Below, one piece after another: positions 58,936-64,000 of a DNA stretch of 64,000 nt. The first letter of the stretch is position 1; every line of letters starts with the position of its first letter. The notes under the pieces are model-generated. The model was not told the DNA's origin. It saw nothing but the letters and a program-made list of their open reading frames with translations, and made no database searches. Made by a program: the position numbers and the translations under genes. The stretch comes from Euglena gracilis (lineage: Eukaryota). The stretch covers positions 27,392,123-27,456,122 of the forward strand of contig CP154954.1 in assembly GCA_039621445.1 (NCBI GenBank), given 5' to 3'.

Positions 58936-61900
58936 ACACCCTCCCTTGCAGGCATGGACACCCCGGGGCCCATACCATGAGGCTAAACCTGGGCCTCTGG
59001 ACCAGGACCCAACCCTGGGCTTTAAAGCGGAAAGAGACAATGACGTCCATTTTGACCATTTTTGGAACTTTGAGTTGCCTTTTTTGCCAAAAAAAATATT
59101 CATTACCACTAAAAAAAATTTACCGCTTTTTCCCTCAACTTTTGAATTTTCCCAATCATTTTTTCAAAAACAAAATATTCCCATAATATTTTCCCCCATA
59201 ATTTCTGTCTCCTGTAATTTTTGTCTGCATTGTACTGCAGAAAAGCAGCAAAAAGAGCAAGGGAGGGAGTGGCAGAGTCATCCGAGCCTTGGCCTCGTCG
59301 ACGCTCTCACTCAGCACCAGGCAGTAGATGGGGCAGTCGGTGAGCTCCACCAAAGTGTGCACCACGAAGCTGCCCACGAACCCGTCCGCCCCCGTGACGA
59401 AGGCCTGTGAGGCAGCACCGCAGACAGCAACGAACAAAAAAAGGCTACGGAGGAGGACGTAAAGTGCGCAATGGCTCTGTTCAGTAACCTGGGCCATTCA
59501 AGGATTTTGTCTGATTTTTCTGCCACCAATTTTATCGGAACAAATTTATCTTTGCCCAATTCCCCATCGCACTGTGTATTTCAGGCAGGGGTTTTTTTAA
59601 GACCGGGGGGGGGGGGTCCCGGGGGACCCACAAAAAAATGGCCGAAAAATCGCGAAAGTGCTAAAATAGCACTTTTTCTGCGCCTTCGGCGCCGAAAAGT
59701 ATATCCCCCGGGGGGGGGGGGGCTCAGCCGGCCCCCCCCCCCCTACCCCCCCCCCGGGGGTCCACGACTAAAAAAAACCCTGATTTCAGCAGATTCCTTG
59801 GGGGAAAAGTAAAATTTTGGGCACGTCAGAAGCAACAAACAGTGGCAACTAACCCCAAAATTATTACCAAAACCCCGGTAATTATTTGGACACTCGAAAT
59901 CGAGGGCCGGGAGTTTTTCCATTTGGTGGGTGTCATTTTTGCTGGGGGTGACACAACCTGGACCCTCGAAAAAAAGCGATGCAAAAAGAAGCAAAGAAAA
60001 CACAAAAAACCCACAAAAAACCCACAAAAAAAAAGCCAAAAAAACAACAAATTGCATGCAAAATATTTCAGTTGGCATCAGGACGTTCCCCCCCCCCCAG
60101 GGGTCCGGGGCTGGAGCTGGGCCCGACTCGGGGTCGAACCGGGTACCAAAAAAAACATCGAAATCACAAAAATGCCCCAAAAACTGCCAATTATGCAAAA
60201 AAAAATGTATTATTTGACCCCAGATTTTTGTTGGCCAGCCCAAATTTGACCCAATTTCGCCCATTTTCGCCTATTTTTCACCCATTTTTGCCATTTTTGC
60301 ACCCCTGAAAACAAAAAATCCGTTACCGTCCAGCCGCCCTTTGGGCAGCTGGAAAATTTTCGTTGAAGGGGGGTTCCCGGGTTGGAAAAGGCTGCTGGCT
60401 GGTTGGCTGTGCCCTGGCTGGCATGCACACTTTCCGCTTTCTGCTGGAGAGGATTTAGAAGTGGGGGGGGGGGCTTCTAATTGGGTACCCTTTTGCAGCC
60501 TAAAAAATCTTCTGCACTTTGTACCAGGTGTAAAAAGTCTGGCTTTTTGGACTTCGATGTGGAAATTGCTCTTTTTTCATTTGCCAAGCGTCCTCTGTCC
60601 CAACCCCAGGGTTCGATATAAGGAGAGGAGGGGGGGGTGGTGGTCCGGACCCCCCCTGCGGGCCAGGAGGGGGGTGTGGTGGGGACACCCTCCCCCACCT
60701 AAACAGTGGCGCGGTCAGGGTGACCGAAATTTTTTGACCCCCCAAATCGACCAAAGTGCCATTTTGGGCACTTTTTGGGCAAAAATTGGCCAAAAATGCA
60801 AAAAAAAATTCGCACAAAGCGCCGGAGGAAAAAATTGGGTACCCCCGGGTACCCCCCCCCAGGGTCGGTCCGGACCCCCCTTGCAGGTGGGGGGGGGGCG
60901 GACCCCCCCTGCGGGCCAGGGGGGGTGGGGGGACACGCCCCCACCTAAACCATGTACGCCCTCCTTATATCGAACCCTGCCCAACCCTCTCTCACCAGAT
61001 GGTTCAAGAAACCAAAAGACTGCTAAGTGTGGCAAAAACCTGATCTCTGTTGCATTTGTGTGTCTGCAGTTTGCCAGCGCCTTGAATACATGCGGTTGCC
61101 TGGGGGGCTGCTATTTGGATTTTTGGTAGGTCAGACCAGGGCGGTCCTTAAGCAAAAAAAAAAAAATCCCATCCCGGCACAGCCGAGAAATTTTTTTGAA
61201 AATCCATGACCGAAAAGTGGCCGTATTTTGCCCGAAACGGGTCGACTTCGGGAAAAAAAGTGATTCCTGGCACTTTTGGAACATCGCCCATCCGCCCATA
61301 GCGTCAAAAAATGCGTTTTTCGACTTTTTGGTTTTCGACCCCCGTTCAAGTCCCGGTCGATCCTTGGTCGGGGGGGCGGTCCTTAAGGGGCGGTCCTTAA
61401 CGAAAAAAAAAAACTTCCCGTCCCTTATGGACCGCCCTGGGTCAGACCATAGCAGGCCCACACCGCTTCCTCCTGTCCACTAGAGGGCCAATGAAGCTGA
61501 AAAAGGATTAGGAAAGTGAGCCATTTCACCCATGGGCAAATCGTAACTTCTTTCAACACAAAAAGACCCTTTTTTTTCGAATGTTTCTCAATGTTTTGTC
61601 AGAAAAAAATTTCCTCGACAAAAAAAAACAGCAACCCTGGCTTGGGGGGGTTTGTTTTAGGAGCCCAATCTTTTCATTCCCTACCATTTGATGTTTTGAA
61701 ATTTTCGATTTTTTGGCCCCAAAAGTCCAAAAAAAAAACTGCCCCAAAAGATGCCCCAAAACACCCCAAAATCAAATGAACTCAGAAAATGGCTGTTTTG
61801 GGCCACAAAACCAAGCCCGAACATGTGCCAGGTGTGTCGGCGGCTAAAAATGACGAATGGGGGGGTTAGAGGGTCTCCAGGGGCACATTTGGTCTGGCAG

Positions 61901-64000
61901 ACACTTTCGGCAATAATGTACGACATTCTTTTGAAAAATCGATTTCTTAACCCAAAATCTTACCCCGGCGAAACGGCAGAGTCGAAACTGGGGGGGGCTA
62001 ATCCTACCCAGGACCTTTGTCGGCTGAATAACTCGGGCCTGGATGGGAGTTCGGTGTCAAACAATTTGGAAAGCTGGGATCCAGTTGCTTGCGATTGAAA
62101 ATTTTTTTCTGGGAATGGGTTCGGGATCATGGTGATAATTCGCCGTTCTCATGACCAACCTGTGGGGGGGTCCCCCTTTTCCCGGTGTTAAGCTTCACCG
62201 TTAAGCAACACTGAAGAGATAAGAGGTCAGCGATAAACACCCCCCAGGGATGTATGGGAAGCCTGTCGGTTTGAGGTTGGAGTAGGGGTCTTGACCCCTA
62301 CTAGATGTTGGGTGGGGGTGTCCGGACCCACCCCATCCTTGGCAGGTTCTAAAAATGGCTAAATTTTAGCTTCCGGCGCTGTTGTGCTGGGAAGTCCTCT
62401 TCCTCATTTTAATCATGTTGCACACTCAGTCATATTGCACATTTCTGGATATTGTAGTGTTTTCCACATTAAAAAAAAAAGCCAAAAATTCAAAATGAGC
62501 ATTTTCGGATTTTTTTTTCAAAGAAGGATCAGGATTTCCCAACAATTTTGGTCTGGTATCCGGTACCCTTTGACCATCCACAGACCAAAAATTTTCCTGC
62601 CCCTTACCGTTTCGAGGTCGGGGGCTCGAAAATCCCTCTGTGAGTCATTGTCTGGTGCATGTGCGTCACAGTCCATAGATGTGCGTCACTGTCCGGTGGA
62701 GGTGTGTCACCGTTCGGTGGTTGTGCATCATTGTCGGGTGGGTGTGCATCACAATCCGGTTTGATGTGTTGGGAGGGGGAGTCCGGACCGTTCCTTAAAA
62801 TGTGACCTCCCCCCCCCCCCGCTGGGTGTTGCTGATTGTTGTTTTTTTTCCAGACCCCCCCTTCTGGCAGTGTGGGCAGCTTGGAATTCCTGAAAATGGT
62901 CACCCGGCGCTGGAAAATTTTTGGGATTTTGGCCAAAATCCCTTGATTTTAGGCCATTTTGGCTATGTGGCCAAAGTGGCCGACGCCCCCCCCCCCCCGG
63001 GTGGAAGTGGGTGACTGGTTTTTGAAAACGGCAAGCTACCCTCTCCCCCGGGGGGGGGGGGGGGGGTGGGTAAGCAATGGTATGGTCTTGACCTCAGGAC
63101 TTCCCAAACATCCCTGCCCCCCCCCCAAGTACTAATTTCGGCTGCCCAATAATAAACTATCCCTTCCACACTGTGGAAAAAGGCACAGAAAAAGGAATAA
63201 AAATCATCAAAAGCATTGCAAAAATGACAAAAAAGGATGAATTAGTCAGAATAGTAGTCGGAATAGTAGTCGCAAAAGGGTGCCTGTTTGTGGGGGAAAA
63301 AAAAGACCCTAAGTTGCAAAAAGGGGCACAGGTGCCCTGTTGATTCTTTTGTCAATTTTTGATTTTTGAACATTTTGCAAATACATGACAGGGCAAAGCG
63401 TTTTTTGGGTTTTTTTGATTTTAGGAAAATTTATATTTCTGCATTTTTGTTGTGTTTTGTGTTTTTTTTATCGTTTTTTTCTTTTGTCCCCTGGCAATTT
63501 TTTGTCTCTTTTGTCATTTTTGCATTTTTTTGTAAAAAAAAGAATTGCAGACTGACCGAATAGTAGCCCTGGGGGGCTTCTAACTGGGGAGGGGGGTTAA
63601 AGCCCTGGGGACCATCCATCACCCCACATCTCCAGGGCCAGCTGCGCGCCTGTGCCGTGCCACCGGCGCAACACAAAACCTGGTAGTCTGGGGGTTTTAT
63701 CACTTGGGGGGTATTTGGGGGAGGGAGGGGTTATTCATCTCATTAAAACGGACCATTTCATAAAATGGGCCACTGCAAAATTTTGTGCTGTTTCCTTCGT
63801 CTGGGAACATTTGGGCCATTTTTTGACTGCACTTTCGTCCGAACCAACATTATTCAAACCCGCACTGTGGAGTTGGAACAGACGTAGTCCCTTGCATTTC
63901 TGCTCCAGGGAAGGACGGCACACCCCAACTGGCTTGCCGGACGGCGGGATGGCCCCGTCCCGCGCCTGGATGTCGGCCGCCGGCACCGCCTCGGCCAGCA
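58936..64000 (-). repeat. Second near-identical copy of 44049-49132, including LYS2-like exons 59404-59279 and 64000-63924 (tandem duplicate or co-assembled haplotype)
   Basis: Collinear match starting immediately after the N run at 58923-58935, differing by scattered substitutions, homopolymer lengths and small indels. Confidence 0.95.

Overview
Intron-rich, repeat-dense eukaryotic DNA, almost certainly euglenid (Euglena-like), inferred from genes that mix GT-AG introns with nonconventional stem-loop introns. Four split genes were reconstructed by hand: the 3' end of an MFS-like transporter (+, to 3913), a C2/transmembrane MCTP-like protein (+, ~7772-27728), a C-terminal RING E3 ligase (+, ~31609-38355) and a LYS2-type alpha-aminoadipate reductase (A-T-R domains; -, 57845-40076, 5' end missing). 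After an N gap, 58936-64000 is a near-identical second copy of 44049-49132. Introns and intergenic DNA contain many MITEs with CAG...CTG terminal inverted repeats (TIRs) and 7-8 bp target-site duplications (TSDs), a foldback DD37E Tc1-like element and a decayed C5-methyltransferase. Main observation: most nonconventional introns have the geometry N3-CAG...CTG-N5, so 3+5 nt equals one 8-bp TSD. One intron (50578-50698) is recognisably a deleted copy of a local MITE family with its TSD still visible. This suggests hAT-like MITEs act as intron generators. All splice sites are inferred from reading frame, motif continuity and base pairing, without transcript data.
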